60,000 nt of DNA from NCBI GenBank assembly GCA_013239625.1, contig MU053379.1, forward strand, positions 754,490 through 814,489, read 5' to 3'. The notes beneath the pieces were generated by a model, which was not told the DNA's origin, searched no databases, and saw only the letters and a list, made by a program, of their open reading frames with translations. The stretch's first letter is position 1. Every line of letters begins with the position of its first letter. The stretch is from Lama guanicoe (taxonomy: Eukaryota). Positions 59,782-60,000 of this stretch are shown piece by piece. The position numbers and the translations under genes are program-made.

Positions 59782-60000
59782 TGTCTTAGTTCAGGCTGCC
59801 ATAACTAAATACCATCGCCTGGGTGGCTTATAAACAGCAGCAATGTATTTCCTCCAGTTCTGGATGCTGGAAGTCCAAGGCCAGGGTGACAGCAGGGCCA
59901 CGCTCTGGGGAGGGTCTGCTATCAGGCTTCAGATAGCCACTTCCTCACCGATCTTCACATGGTGGGAGGAGAACGGAAGAGAGCTCTGTGCAGCCCCTGG
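59782..60000 (-). mobile_element. MLT1A-type MaLR LTR, cut by the window end
   Basis: tgtcttagttcaggctgccataactaaatacca...ggtggcttataaacagca...agttctggatgctggaagtccaag. Confidence 0.8.

Overview
Mammalian genomic DNA, most likely a camelid, judged from two copies of a tRNA-derived SINE of the camelid Vic-1 type. The window holds the 5' part of RRBP1 (p180 ribosome receptor) on the minus strand. It has a CpG-island promoter and non-coding exon 1 (donor at 39752), an intron of about 21 kb, and a 2.1-kb coding exon (16295-18413, ATG at 18392). That exon encodes the N-terminal transmembrane segment, a Lys-rich region and 48 tandem NQGKKAEGAQ-type decapeptides. Two further coding exons follow (4176-4324, 2877-2999), and the gene continues off the left edge. 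The region right of about 40.5 kb is repeat-rich (L1, L2, MIR, MaLR/ERVL LTRs, hAT MITEs) and may contain a 5' non-coding exon of BANF2, by synteny inference only. I see no demonstrably new gene system, and almost all short ORFs in the track are noise. The best leads concern splicing. (1) Synonymous GGC>GGT variants create in-phase GT donors inside the repeat array, which could give a ladder of repeat-length isoforms. (2) An in-frame exitron could delete almost the whole array. (3) A 54-nt frame-preserving candidate cassette exon lies at 9947-10000. (4) A candidate 47-nt 5'UTR exon uses a MIR-derived acceptor. Repeat family names and boundaries were assigned by eye and are approximate.
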